A stretch of 64,000 nt of DNA from Antedon mediterranea (lineage: Eukaryota > Animalia > Echinodermata), in contig NC_092674.1 of assembly GCF_964355755.1 (NCBI RefSeq), positions 8,060,001 through 8,124,000 of the forward strand, in the 5' to 3' direction. Positions 47,313 through 62,100 of the stretch are shown here, piece by piece; within the stretch, counting starts at the first letter, position 1; each line of letters starts with the position of its first letter. The translations under genes were made by a program, and so were the position numbers. Below the pieces are notes generated by a model. That model ran no database searches. It worked only from the letters and a program-made list of their open reading frames with translations, and was not told where the DNA came from.

Positions 47313-49290
47313 TCAATCAACTACTGCACCAGGAACTACTTTGTACAAATTTAAGCTGAACAATGCTCGATACTTCCCCATTGTTGATAAATTTACATAG
47401 CTACGTGCTGGATAGTTTACGCAGTTGTACGTTGGAAAAAGTTCTGGCAAATCTTCTGTACTTATATGCGGAGTAAATTGTTTCTCAAGTTTAAAATTGA
47501 ATTTTATATGCGTTCGACAAAATTGAAGATCTAAGGACGACGGACTTGCAATCAAAATTTCTTTTATGTACGGTTCATAACTTTCTACTTCTTCGTAAAG
47601 TTTTTCTACGATGTTGTGCATAGTCATACGGTCAGTGCCTGCTAGGTCATAAACAGTTACAATGTTAGGAAGTCTTTTGCCATTGGCTTGGTTTAGTTCG
47701 CTGAAAATTGGTTCTTTATACGCTAGTAGGTGTTCCGGCGGCATATACGTGTGGTAAAATACAATATGATAATGCACGGGATGATAATCCACATCTGGTT
47801 TAGTAACTGCATGACTGAGATGTCCTAAGCACGGTATCAATCCACCCTGATGTAGAACTCCGAAGATCACGCACGCTAGAAGATTCCAGACAATCCAGGG
47901 CATGTTTGGCTCCAGAGAATTCGACGACATGACGTATCCCGAATATAACATAACAAGTGGAACTAAAAGAGGTATAAGGAATCTTGATTCTTGATGAGGA
48001 AAAAATGAAAGAAGGAGTAACGGCGTAAAGAAACTCAATTGAAAGAAACTTCTAATAGCTGGTAAGGAGTTATTACCCCATCCAGATTCACCGCCCAGAA
48101 ATATAGCGACGACTTCGGAAGCGAAACAAACCATGAGCGGGAGGAACAGTAATGGGGCGTTTACTACTAAGTGTGTGATATGTGGGTGTATGCCGTGCTC
48201 TTCAAGATTTGAACTATCTAAGTTATAATGAAGAAAATTCAATGGTGTGATTGTTAAATTCTGCATAAAATTCGTGCTCAGAAAGTCAACAAGACTATGC
48301 ATGCAGCAAATAGATGATGTATCGAGTGATCCGTAATACCGCGAGTCTACGACAACAAAAATGATGATGCTTATAAAAATGCCTGGAAGCAGTTGAACAC
48401 CGTTTGAAAAAACGTTTGCAAGAATATTTGATTTCCTGTTAGATGTATTGATTGAAAGCCAGAAAAGCATGGGAACAAGCGCAAAGAAAGCAAAGGTCGG
48501 TCGGTTAAAAAATCCAGCAATCAGTACGACAGCAATTTGCATAGATTTACCACCACTATCATTTAATACCATTGTTTTATCATCATCTTCTATTTGCTCT
48601 GTCCTTTGTTTTTTAATCTTTTCATTGCTGTCCTTCGTACTCGCTTTTTCTTCAGTTGTAAAATATATTTTTCTTGTTTCTATTACTAACATAAGAAGTA
48701 TAGAAAACAAAACTGATTCAATGCTGTTTGACAATGTGCGTGTGTAGAATACTAAAGTCACAAATGAACTTGCAAAAATAGTCAAACATGCTGCAGAGTT
48801 AAAATTCAGGATTTTACACATTTTATAAATGGAATAATCCATTGTAAGTGACAGGAATACCATTACAAGCCTTGGTAGGGTCAATAGCATAGCTGATGTC
48901 ATGTTAAGAACGTCTTGTTCGTTTAGGAATTTCAAAATCTTGAAAGCTACTCCACTTGTTAAGTAGGGGAGTACTGCTGAACGGCATGGAAATGAAGTGT
49001 TGAACTCCCATGGCTTTTGTACTTTGTAGCCTAATATATCTCCTGTAAAAATAAAGAGAAACTGGTTAAATCTGCTATAATTTTAGACTAGTTTACAATA
49101 CCACATTAATTTGTGAGCAGAAAAAAGTAACAGGCAATTCCGTACAATAGTTTTAAGTCTGATTCTTACCTGCCATTGGTTCAGGATTTTGAAAGAACTC
49201 ATCTGGATGAATGTAACCAGTTTGCAGCAGAATACACCAAAGAATTCTGATGGTTACCAAAGCATACCAGGTCCGATAATCACCCATCAT
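47313..49290 (-). CDS. PIGZ: GPI mannosyltransferase 4 (SMP3 orthologue, GT22 family)
   Basis: Exons 49170-49290 ([12 protein letters not shown]) and 47313-49042 ([55 protein letters not shown]). Confidence 0.93.
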
Positions 49291-49799
49291 TTCCTGATTA
49301 AAATAGAAAATTATTACTCTAATTAATAATAGTTTTCAGTAGTGTGATGATGAGCACTCTTTCTGATTCTGCAACTAAAAATGAAACTGTACAATCAATG
49401 CTAGAGTAGTAGCCTCAATAATGGTAGAGTAGGCCTAGCCTAGTATATACTGTACTGTGTAACTGTAGTACAGTACTAGTAGGTTACGGCCTAGAGAGGA
49501 AGAGCCTTTATATTCCTAGGCCTAGACTAGGACTACCCCCTTTCTCACGGGCATCTCGCTCAGACACATGATGGATGGATGATGCTCATTCCCCGTCGTA
49601 CACGTCACCTACACACACACAGGCGGCCTAGCACTACAGCATGCAGCAGTCCACTGCTGCTAGGTAGGGCCTGGCCCTTCTGGCTAGCTAGGGATAGTCT
49701 CTCCGACTAGGCTAGGCCTACTACAGGCTTCGCTATGTTAGGCTTATCAATAAAGTTATTAAATATGTATAAATGTTATTACAGTATTTATTATTACCG

Positions 49800-50060
49800 A
49801 AATCCAATCTTATTTTAATATACGGACGCGACAATTGCCACGACAAAGGATCGGAAATTAAAGAAGAGAGCTGCTGCTGAGCTGAGAGCTAGGGGGAGAA
49901 AAACATGTTGTTTTACGAGCGCGCCGCCAGCGACTGGACAATAATTTCGTTCAAATGGAAAAGGCGCGAAACTAAAAAAGGTAAACAAAAACAAGGCAGT
50001 CCAGTGAAGTGTTGATTGTACAAACATCGATCACAAACAGTAGCCTGGTAAACCAGGTAA
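49800..50060. promoter_or_regulatory. Putative bidirectional promoter PIGZ / orphan membrane-protein gene
   Basis: CpG-rich core (gagcgcgccgcc, aaggcgcgaaa E2F-like). Minus-strand donor at ~49797 and plus-strand donor cag|gtaatc at ~50057. Confidence 0.5.
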
Positions 50061-50407
50061 TCATTGCTTAATATTATTCTTTGACTTAATTTACTGTTTC
50101 TAGCTTTTGTTGGTTTGAAGATTTCATAGAGTTGATAGTTTACTACCTTTCGTATTTTACAACTCCCTGCTAACACTAACACTAACAGACACTGCAGTAC
50201 TATCTCCATCATATAGCCTAGGTATCTGTAATTTCGCACCTAGCTAGGCCTAATACAGTACAGTAGTACTAATTGTCTTACCTTGAAATTGCTCGATTTT
50301 ATGACTAAAAAAACAAACAAAAACAAAACATTTATATATATTCATTATATAATAATAATATGAAATATTTTTTTACAGGCCAAGAAACAATAATTAAGTA
50401 CAGTACA

Positions 50408-51250
50408 ATGGAACCATCAACATCAACCAATAATTGTGATGAGCACAGTTCTGTTACCATCCATGATTTATCTGAAAATGATGAGAACCACGAACTACAG
50501 GAAGACGACACCTACTCAGAAGACGATGCATTCATTCCAGTTACTCTCTGTCCAAAAACACCGGATTCTAAAGCGTTTGACAAACTTCACGATCTATTCG
50601 AAAAGCAGTGCAGCTCGACACCGCTCGCAATACCGAGAACCCCACGTCTGGGTAAAATATCAGAAGAAGATATAAGCATTGTTTCAAGTTTATCTACCGG
50701 AGAATTCAGTGAAAATCCATCGATGTCAAAATCAGAGAAGAAAAGTCGGTTTCATGTAATACTTGCATTGGCAGTTCTCATGTTTATGATTGGTTTTGGG
50801 TGTGGGTTTTATCTATCTTTTCCAATTAAAGTCAGTCAGGAAACAAAGGAGATAATGATACAGATGACAGTTTCTAATGTACTGTTTCAGGGTGGCGTTA
50901 CTAGTACAGCTGAACAATCTTATACGTTGGGAGATGCAAGTGAATCGGCAACAGTTTCTAATGGAGATGATGTATTGTTTCAGAGTGGCGTTACTAGTAC
51001 AGCTGTACAGGAACAATCTTATACTTTGGGAGATGTAACTGAATCGGCAACGGTTTCTAATGGAGATAATGTACTGTTTCAGGGTGGCGTTACTAGTACA
51101 GCTGTACAGGAACAATCTTATACTTCGGGAGATGTAACTGAATCGGCAACAGTTTCTAATGGAAATGCACTGTTTCAGGGTGGCGTTACTAGTACACCTG
51201 TACAGAAACAATCTTATACTTATACTGAATTGGCAACAGAAGATGTCTAG
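50408..51250 (+). CDS. Uncharacterised ~280-aa single-pass (probably type II) membrane protein with four 33-aa Ser/Thr-rich repeats
   Basis: Long ORF in AT-rich DNA. Acceptor ttttacag at 50378 precedes the ATG at 50408. Acidic N-terminus, KKSR, then hydrophobic FHVILALAVLMFMIGFGCGFYLSF. In-frame 99-nt repeats, and AATAAA at ~51533. Confidence 0.65.
   Translation: MEPSTSTNNCDEHSSVTIHDLSENDENHELQEDDTYSEDDAFIPVTLCPKTPDSKAFDKLHDLFEKQCSSTPLAIPRTPRLGKISEEDISIVSSLSTGEFSENPSMSKSEKKSRFHVILALAVLMFMIGFGCGFYLSFPIKVSQETKEIMIQMTVSNVLFQGGVTSTAEQSYTLGDASESATVSNGDDVLFQSGVTSTAVQEQSYTLGDVTESATVSNGDNVLFQGGVTSTAVQEQSYTSGDVTESATVSNGNALFQGGVTSTPVQKQSYTYTELATEDV
50867..51238 (+). repeat. Coding tandem repeat, ~99-nt unit, ~4 copies
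   Basis: acagtttctaat..ctgtttcagggtggcgttactagtacagctg..aacaatcttatac at 50867, 50951, 51050 and 51149. Confidence 0.92.
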
Positions 51251-54200
51251 AAAGAAAACTTTTGAACATTTATGTCAGTACAGTATGTTGTTCGCTAAAA
51301 AATGGTACCAGCACATGTTGGTAATACTCTTGATGAAGTCATGCAATTTTACAATTTCTGCTTGACTTCTTGTGTTGAATATTAGAGACATTACAGTGAC
51401 GTGTGTATTTTATATCTACTTATAAATAGCCTTGCAATTATTTTAAACCGCATGAAGGTGGTGGTGAATATTTTTTTTAAGTTATTGTTCTATTGTATTG
51501 TATACTAGTACTACAGTGTTGATATATTTAAAAATAAATGATAAAAGATCAAACTGCTGTAATTTATGTCTGGCTGAGACAAATACAAACAGTACAAATT
51601 CTCAGGTGAGCATGCATGGTGTCTGTTATGGGGCATGGAACCCTTTGATCTCTGGAGCTCAGCATCCTGTCATTAGATTCACTTCAGTATAAGCCTGAAT
51701 ATATATTTTGTTTGGTTTGGTTTTCTCGCTTGGCAGTGTTTTAAACCATCTACACTATCAAACTTCATGTGACAAAAAAATGTGATGTGCCCATATATAT
51801 ACTGTCATGTCATATCACTACTATATTTAAACACGTTTTTTTGTCAAACTAGTTTGATAGTGTAGACAGAGCTTAACTGGTAATAATGTAGGAATAATGA
51901 ATGATTGATGATAGAACTGAAATCCATCACAAAAAATCTTATTATTCCAATTACTTTGTAGTGAATTAGTTACACTACAGTGTATTATATTCATGATACT
52001 ATACCATACGCTGTTACTGAAACTTTCTTATCAACAGGTGTGTTGGAAACTAACTAACCCACTGCATTATGAGTGTAGGTTCGCTCGAGCCAGACTTCAG
52101 TCAGTTTAAATGCCTTCAAAACGAATAAATAATGTATCTCCATATTAAGTTGGCAATTTCATATTTAAACAAATAACAAAACTACAATTTGGTGAATATA
52201 AACATGTATTTATTAGTTGATTATTTTCACTTCCATACCACGAGAAAAAAAAGGATTGAGTCATTTATAGCCAATTTACAGTACTTTTATACACAATGAT
52301 CACCATGACAACAAACACATCTGACCAATCAGAGTTCATGGTAAATTACATGTCTGCTGCCATTAAGTTATGAAAATTTGAACTACAACAGAAGCTATCT
52401 TTATTCAAGGAAAGCTATGATTCTCAAAAACGCTATTTTTTCATAATAATAATTTGACCCATAATATGGAAAGAAGCATATATACCCATTTTAAAACACT
52501 AAATATCTTAAAAGAAAAACATTGAAAAGATGTATACAAAGTAAATGAAAATAGCAATTATATCCCCAAAAAGATTATCTACAGAGTTCTCAAAAGCAGA
52601 AACATATTTACATATAATTTTAATGTTGCTTTTGCTCAAACAGCTTTATTAGAGACATACATTCATTTAAAATTAATAACTCTTGCAGAAACACAAAATT
52701 GTAAATGATAAAATACACATTAAAAAGGCATTTTAGTAAAACATTTATAGTAACACTTTTGATTAAAACAATGCATTTAAAACAAGTATCTTTTAAAAAT
52801 CGTGATAAAACATCTTGTTCTGTTTCAGTACGATTGTACAATTAGATTTTCATATTGTCAAGAAATGCGCTTTTAAGTTTTTGTTTTTACATTAATCTAT
52901 TACAATACCTGCCTATGTCTATTTTAGTCCTATTTAATTTTTTTAGTAGGATGTACACCTATAGAGGGCTCACTTTGACTTGAGCGTAACACTGATATCT
53001 GGGTATTGTTTGCAGCAGATACAAAAAGAACTGTAAACTACATTCCCAGGTAATATTCGCATTGTACAATGTAATCTAAAATCTATACAATAAAACAAAA
53101 CTCAGATTAAAATAACTAACAAAAAAATACGGGTGCAAAAATAATTTGTAAATATCATTTAGGTATTAGTTTTATATATTTACAATTTGTCATATTAACA
53201 TGACAGTTGATGTTAATATAATCAACACTATAATTATGTACACGAAAATAATAACATTAAAACAATAAGATCATTCTTATATTACTCGACGACGTCCTCA
53301 CAACCTAATCTAGATAATAATATTAAACAATATAAGTCTTGAATTTACAATACACACTACGTCCACCTCTTCATCTACAAATAACTTGTTTCAAGTATTT
53401 ATTTTTTCTAATTTCTCAAGATCGATAAAATTTCATTTGATATGTAAAAATCTTTATTAAAATAATAACAATCTGTATAGTAATAATAAGTGAAAATAAA
53501 AGCATGCCTGTCCCAATAAATGAATCTTCTACATATACAATTAAATAATTATAACATAAAATTAAAACTATAAATAGAAAAATGGTAAAAAGATTTCTGA
53601 GCTGCTCAATAAGCTGAATTATGGGATTTACCAACTGATATATTGTCATAGCAACCGATCTCCTTGATTCTCGTCAACTCTCGTTCAAATTAAATTACAT
53701 ATTAATAATTCCCATATACATAATCATACACTTTGAATCAAGTCGACAGCTTTAAAATTATTACATTAGCAGAAAATGTATTGAATAAAGGGGTTTCCCC
53801 TTCCTTCTTCTGTTATCTAGTTTCTACATTCAGCAGGCATGGTGCAGGCATAGCAACATGACAAATCCATGGGGAATATACAGCTTTTCACTTTGTTTAC
53901 GTATGTAACCATAGCAATAGACCATGTTTATAATGTCCAGCCTTCCCACAATGCAATTAAAGGTTTTGCACGATTGATATTGGCAGTAGTTTGCTGTGCA
54001 ATGCATAAATGTTAAGTTTTAGCGTGTATATTGTTTTACAGGATTTCACCATGCTTCAGATAGTCTTTCAAAAGTTTGGCATGATAAATTTACATGACTT
54101 CACTAAATTCTTTAAAATGTATCAAATAATTATTTCCAATAATGGTTATTTCTGTAAGTTTGGGGATCTATGGCTGAAGGGTTGATCACTGCTTATCGTA

Positions 54201-54777
54201 ATAATATATCCAAATTTGAAGCAAGATTTTAAAGTCTTCATTCAGTTAACCATTTATGATGTCGGATATAATCACCAATCCGCTTCTCTTTACATTGTAA
54301 ACACTGCCCTCTTGTGATGACATTCTTCAATTACGATTCGATACATAAAAGCAAATTACAGAATAAATTTTTTTTATGTTTTCTTCGATGTCTTCTAATG
54401 AGCATTTTGCAATTTTTGCATTTGGTACTGGGAATTCTGTAAATTCATTTCTGCAACTATGCTGCTATTCTTTTTACTTTCCTAATACATGTTCTGCAAA
54501 TAATCTTTATAACTGTACAAACATACTTCGCAGAAAAAACCTGCCAATTTCCGTTAAAAAACCTCGTTCTTCACTGAACTTGTCTTGTTATAAAATAGAA
54601 CACCAAACATTAAAATTGCCAATCACAATCCTCCAATCACCGTCGTCCTTATTATTCAAAAGATGAGTTGAAATAACTGGCGAATCACCCATCACTATTG
54701 CCTCTCAAATACATCCTATCCACACTGCGTTCTGGTACTTGATATGCCAATTCTGTATGTGTCTATACGTAAACGTA

Positions 54778-57700
54778 TTAAAGTTTTTCCTTGGCTGGTA
54801 CCCAGATGGCTGGACCTGCGTTTTCCTGTATCACTGCTTTTACTTCTTGGTAAATATCCTGGATTGTATCGCCTTGAACAACAGCTGTAAACAAAAAAAA
54901 TGTTTTGTTGATTTCTGTCATGTGAAAAAGAAAATCGTATCAAGTACCAAGTAACTGTAATAACGGTATGTCATTTTTAATTTGCTAGCATGAGGATACC
55001 AAAAACAAAGTGGTCTTGATTCCATGTGATGGAAAAATATACTTATATGCAGAACACATACCAACAGGATCTGATATTACACAGAAAACAAAATATGTTT
55101 GTGTGTAATCGGAACTGATGGTCATTTCAATCCATGGCAGTTTTGAAAGCCTCCTGTTCAAAAACAGTGCAGCATAGTATGGCTCTATGCCTCTTTAGGA
55201 TTTTTCAAAAGGGACAGCACTATCATAAAAATATAATATTAATATCAAAAATCCTGGATCCAACCCTGGTCTCTTGTTAGCTTACCTGTGAAGTACTCTG
55301 CGAATTCCTGTTCTAGTTTGAGAGCGCGATCATAGGTTTTTCTAGCTTGGTCTTCTGTCATCCGCTTATTCATTTCCAATATTGATTCCACTGATTTAGG
55401 TTTTATGAATATTGCGATTGGATGTAATGACGCTACTTGTAATCGTTTGATGGCGTTACCACTCACATCTAAGATACAATGCTTACCCTGGAATGGAAGA
55501 GTAGTTTAAAGTAAATAATTATCTTTCTTTAGTTTAATTTTACACTACATAAATTATCAAAACCTAATGCCAGTTAACAAAGAACCCAACAAGGTGTTCT
55601 ACAAAACTCCAGTCCTCTGATATAATTAGGGTATAGCATTAATTATATATATAATATAATATATATTCAGGTTGAATGTCTTGTGTCACTAGGAAAACAA
55701 AGTAACATTTTTTTTCTCCTATAGAATTTGTAATAACCTTCGTTATCAAAAAAAAAAATCTTTTTGTTGCTCTTTGATAGAGATTTGAATTAAAAAAATC
55801 TTTTTGTCGCTCTTTGATAGAGATTTGAATTTAACAAAAGTGAAAAGTGAAGATGTTCAAAGATAAGAAGTGAAACTCTGTGGCAACACCGGAATTTGGG
55901 ATATGCTCTCGTCAATAACCAGGATTTAAATGAATGAACTGCGGTTCTCACCTTCTCTGCGACCTCTCGTACGGACTCTACACTAGTGCCATACAGGTTT
56001 TCATTATATTGTCCAGCCTCAATAAATAGATGATCTTGAATGTCTTTTTCCATTTGCTCTCTGGATTCAACAAAATGATAATCCCGGGAATCTACTTCGT
56101 AAGGCCTCCGCTGCCTTGTCGTGTCTAAAAAAAGTAAACAGAGCATTCTTTATAATAATAATATTTCTTCAGCCACCAATGAAAAATAACCAGGCGTGAG
56201 AACAGGCTAAAACCAAAACAGATTGTCACTCCATAACAATCCAGAGAGACAAACCCAGGCTAGAACTGTGAATACTCAAAACAGAGAATTGCCCATTACG
56301 CAACAAAAGTACAAGCATCATACTCTTTAATTAAGATGTATAATTAAGATGTATAATTAAGATGTATGAATCCAAGGCTATGGTGACCTAGCTGTGGGTT
56401 TGTCACATTTCTTTGTCTTATAAGTTAAGCCTCCTATTTCAATTCTCAGTAACGAATTTGTTTAAATATGGAAAATTAAAGAAATACTAACGTGGTATGC
56501 AGCTTCCGAATCGGTCTGGCATTTCAGAGATGAGGTCATCGTTAATGCGATCTTTACTAGGTCCAAGTATTATACAAGGTCGTGCATAGTTGACTGAAAT
56601 AGAGAAAATAAAAATAAATGAAAAGTTCCTCAACCTACATGTTTGGAACTGCATGGATTGGACGTTTAGCTGAAACTGTTCCCATAAACAATTAAGAAGA
56701 GGCCGTAGTCCACATTTTCTCAGTTTAAGTGGACGATAAAATATTTACATTTATTTAAAAGACGTTTTATTTCTAATAAAATTATGTAAATACTTACTTT
56801 CTTGTTGTACCACTGCCTCATATGACAGAATCTGTTCCTCTGTGGATAAAAAAGAAAAACAATCAAATAAAACCATTTTTGGATATAAGTACAAAAGAAA
56901 AAAAATTCTATTAATCTATATGAAAAACCCCTTTTTATTTATCAAACACGTTATATGTGAAAACTTGCTGAATATATAAATGTTGCACTGGGTGTTTTTC
57001 CTACACCCATACGATTATGTTATTATATACACTAAAGATACTCAACATAAACGGCGTAAAATTCATACAATTACATGCAATGCAATAAAAATACCATGCA
57101 CGTAACATTTCTACAAACAAAAGAATGTAAATTACAAAATCCAAGATAGCAACTTACGATGATTACTTTCACTGTCACTTGCGTTAGACGTAAATTCTGT
57201 AAAAGGACAAAAACACAATAGGGTACAGAGTTAGTCCAAGAGGATGGGGGGAGAACGGTACTACTACTTCTACTACAACATCACTTTAGCACCGAAATGA
57301 GTCCAACTTGAGAGGGAAGAGAACAACATTGGTACTCTTCTATACACATGTCAACAATCAATCGTTTCATTGTGACAGGGAACAATATTGTTACTGCTAC
57401 CAAATATATATACATTATTATTGTCAACAATCATTTAATTCATTGTGACAAGGGACAACACTGGTACTTCTACTACAGACTCAACAAATTCACTTTTAGC
57501 AGATTAGTCCAATGGTAAACAAAGAACACATTAAACGATGTTGATATTAAAATATTCAATATTTAACAAAGTTCACCAACATTAGTTAAACCATAAGCAA
57601 TGCTACTTGTACTACTATACCCATTAAAAAAATAATTGTTTTGAAATCACAAAAATTAATAATATTTCCACTACTTTATACTTCAAAATAGGCACTTCTA

Positions 57701-59146
57701 AGGTACTGTACACTAGTCAACTCTTTATATCAAACAAGCGAAAGCTTTTTATTTGGTCTTTTTGTCAAATAAGTCGAGCAATGTAATTATATTGTCATTA
57801 TTATTTTACACTTTGACAATAAAGAGATATGTATTGAACTCCTAACACTAGTACCTTCCTCTATATACTGTATTCTCAAATATTTTTGTTTTTTTTTCAG
57901 CCTAAATGAGCAAGGATAAAACACACAAAACTAAATAATACTTATGCTACAAAATCTTACCCTACCCCAGATATATTACAACTGAACCAATCTACTACCA
58001 ATACCAAACTTTATTTTAAAACACAATAATCAACAACCACCACCATCGGTAATTTAATATTTTATAAAACCAAAACTGGTAGTTTAACTTTAAAGAGTTA
58101 CATATTGTAACATATTTAGTAAGCATTGATGATGTTTGAATAAAGTATGTTTAATAACTTGATTTTTCCAAAAAATTGTATATAAAAATAATATAATTGT
58201 AATTAAATTGCTTATTTCTTTTAGTTCTACAACAGTCCTGAAGAATTTCAAAAATTAAATCCAATCAATTAACATACTTTTATTAATAATAATGCGAAAT
58301 AAAGCTATAAAAATGGAGGGTGGATATTAAATATTAAATTATATATAAGGCAGGGTTGAAATAAAGGTAGGTGAAAAGGTTACTAAACTTTGCCCACTAC
58401 CGCCCACTACAAATCTATTTTTAGTTTTAGGTTTTGAAAATAAATAAATAAAAAAAAGGAAATCTACAGTATCAATGCTTACCGAGTAACATAAAATGAC
58501 CTGATGTGATAATTAAACAAATATTAGTAAACATTTTACAAATTAAATATTTATCAAATGCAGGATTTCATGCAGTTATATTTTATTCATGAATAAAATA
58601 AAATTGTTGTGCCTTAAATATAATTCTAAAGTAAATAGATATAAAATTTGTATTTTTAATTTATTTTATTCGCCACTAATTTTTTTAATTAAAAGGAACA
58701 TTTAAATTTAAAATGTTAAAATTCTAATACTGAACAGACTAGAGTAAGGTTACTACAAAAATCATATTCATAATAGAAATAATTAAATTTAATAAAGATT
58801 CGAAATGTCAAAGATATTGTTTCTTGAGTTATCATCCAGGGGATTCAATAGATTTGTTTAGTAAAGTAAATTGATATATGTAATGGTTCCTTAGACACAT
58901 AATGTAAAGCTAGTCTCCGGCCGTAAGACAAATACTTAGTGATCTCATGTGAAACCAATTGCCTGCCTATGCCTGTTCATATCATTATGTAGAAATAGCT
59001 ACTATTACTTATTGATATTTGATTATGACATATTATTGATATTATGTCCAAAAATAAGATACTTTCTGGTCAAATATACATTATAAGCACACTGGCATTA
59101 CATTTTTAGAGCAGCCTACAGTGGGGACCACAAAATTACAGTATTA

Positions 59147-59198
<52 letters not shown>

Positions 59199-62100
59199 TA
59201 AACAATATTGGATAAAATTATCAGATTAGAATAAGTTTTATTTTATTGTTTGCTACCTAGACCCTTTTCTTTAAAAAAAAAATTGTTATTCAAATGGAAA
59301 ACATAAACATGAAAAATAAAGATAAATAAAAGCAAACTTTAAATAGCCCATTTTGACAAATTTTACGTTTGACTCCAAACCGTTTTTAGTGGTTTCATTA
59401 TGTTTCTCATTATTATTCTTCCTTTAAAACAACCATGATTTTTGATGAAAAAAAAAACTTATTTGCTTATTATGGAACAGATTGTAAAACAAAAAAATAT
59501 GAAAAACTTGCTTATTATGGTACATACTGTAAAAAAAAAATAAATAAAATTTGATCACAATGCAGATCACGTGATCATCAACCTCATGTCATAATCAACA
59601 AGCTCATGCTTGAGTTAATGTTATTCTCGATAAATTCAAAATATAAATTAAACTGTACACTTACGTTCTGCATCACTTGTGTCCAGATCGCTATCTTTTC
59701 CTTTCCTAAATTTCGAGAAAATTCCTTTTTTCTTTCCGTCTCGTTGAAGTGAATTCTGGAGAATACAACATTAAATCATTTATAAACCGTAAAAAAAATA
59801 ATATTTTTGTAACATTAATGTTATTAATTAGGAGTGGAGCTGTAGCTTGGTGGTTAACATGCTTTCCTTCCAATCCAAATGTATAGGTTTTAATCTTAAT
59901 TTAATTTCAGTCTTAATTGCACCTACCCTACTATCATTCATAAGGCCTCCTTGACTACCCTGACCAAATTTCACATTTTTCAGCCTCGATCTTTCTCTTT
60001 TTTCAACTCTACAAAAATAAAATAATGAATAATTATTATGCATTATTATAATCAACACTTTTTGAACTCTTTTATGAAATAATAGGTTAGCCCATACATG
60101 GACATGGTGATGTCATATCACTACTATATTTGGGCATATCACTACCATATTTGGGCACATCAGGCTTTTCTTGTCGAACTAGTTTGATAATGTAGACAGA
60201 GATATTGATATTGTTTTATGTCATTTCTTGTACATTAAGGCCCTGGCAGTATACAAAGTTAATTAACTTAAAGATGCTTCGTGTCCCAAAACATTTGAAT
60301 AAGCCATTTGTAGTTTTTAAGTACAGTATGTTTGGTGGAGTGAGTGACGCCTTTCCGGGCCTTGGCCTTTAAGTCTTTCACTTATATCTCTTCTTGTAAT
60401 TAGACATAAATAAGATAAAACAGTACAGTACTGTATTTTCAAACCTAACAAAGAAAATAAAAATAGAACAAGGAACAGTTTAGTATGTATACTTTAATTG
60501 CTTCTAAACTAATTGTACTGTATAAACAAGACAATACATAATTGATGCCATTAAATCTATGTTTGTATCAATGAAAAATGCAACAATACTATTCAACCAT
60601 CCATCAAAGATTTAACAGACTCTGTTGTTATGAACCAGACAAAAGATGATTTATTGTAATTGGCTTGTGTAGTATTTCCTTTCAATATTATTTTTTCTTA
60701 AATAATATAGTAACAGACTGCTTTATGTGACAAAAAAATGCAATGTGCCCATATATGGAAATATCACTACCATATTTGGGAATATCACCACCATATTTGG
60801 GTACATCATACTATTTTGATAGTGTAGACAGAGCTTTAAAACCCCTTTTATCAAATTCATTGGCGCAAATAATGATATTTAAGGAGCTATATCATATATG
60901 GCATGTCGTCAATAAAACCGCTAAAATGCGAGTGGGTTTAGTAAAGTCTATGTTCTAAGGAATATATATAAGGAATTACTTTGATGCCTTTGGGCACATC
61001 ACATGTTTTTGTTTTTGTCACAGAAAGTTTGATAGTGTAGACAGAGCTTAAGGTCCAAGTAGCTCTGTGAATTTGACAACAATTTTGTATGGTCTTGCAT
61101 AATTCAACACACGCTCACACATACCTCTTTTTACTTGGAATAATGCCAACTTCTGGATCTACTCCTGTTGCCGTGAGACGACAAGCTTGCCACCATTCAT
61201 CATCACTAGCATTTATTACATATAAAATATCTCCAAATTTAAAACTTAATCCCCGACTTGGTAGACCACTATCTTTCAGCATGTCATAATCAAACATTGC
61301 CCTAAAAATTAAGAATATTAGAAATCAATATGCTTTACAATTTATTTGTTAACCTGCTTAAATATTTGTGTAAAAAATAAATATACTGTATATCCTCTAG
61401 TGTAATCCCACCCACCTAGAATCTAGACTATACTGTACCCAGGGAAAGCTTAGTTCAGGAAAAAAACTTACCTGAACTGGCTAGAGAGCTACATCCAAAT
61501 CAAAAGTCAATAGGGACAAAACCTTTGTAAAATCAGACATAAAGTAGGGGGTGGGGTTAGACCCGAAGTGGGATTATAACAGAGGAAATAAATTACAATA
61601 CAGCGTCAACATCAGCCCAACTGCAACGTGACATATCAATCCACTGAATGGTTTTAAAGCCTTTAGCGTACATAACGGCTACTAACCTGACATAGAGGGA
61701 TTTCTTTGGTGATGTTTTGAGACTCCCTGTGGGATTAGAGCTGTTCATCATTTGTTCTCGAAGATCGTGGATCTTGGCCTCAAAACGATTATATTCTATT
61801 AATGAAAAAACATTTAATATTAAGAATAATATCATAAAAGATGGGTTTCATGCAAAACAAGGAGATCTTATCAATACCAGACTATTTTGACATAAATATG
61901 AATATATTACTGTACATTGATAATGATACTGGATGTTACCTAGGCCAGTAAAAATTATAACTAAGCTTATATTTTCCACCCATACAAAGGCTTTGCACCC
62001 TGTAGCCTAGAGAACCCAACCCTCTATTCTCTGCCACTATGTACTTTTTATAAACCAACCAAGCTACCGCCGTCATTTAATAAAAATGAATTTATTATTT

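Noticed and set aside
48448-48747. Antisense ORFs overlapping real exons (also 1242-1430, 8677-8865, 34540-34852, 50813-51211, 61089-61289)
   Set aside because: Shadow ORFs of coding exons with no independent motifs or splice support.
54716-54943. Track ORF as the DLG1 last exon
   Set aside because: Wrong frame. The true last exon is 54778-54884 and ends IWVPAKEKL-stop.
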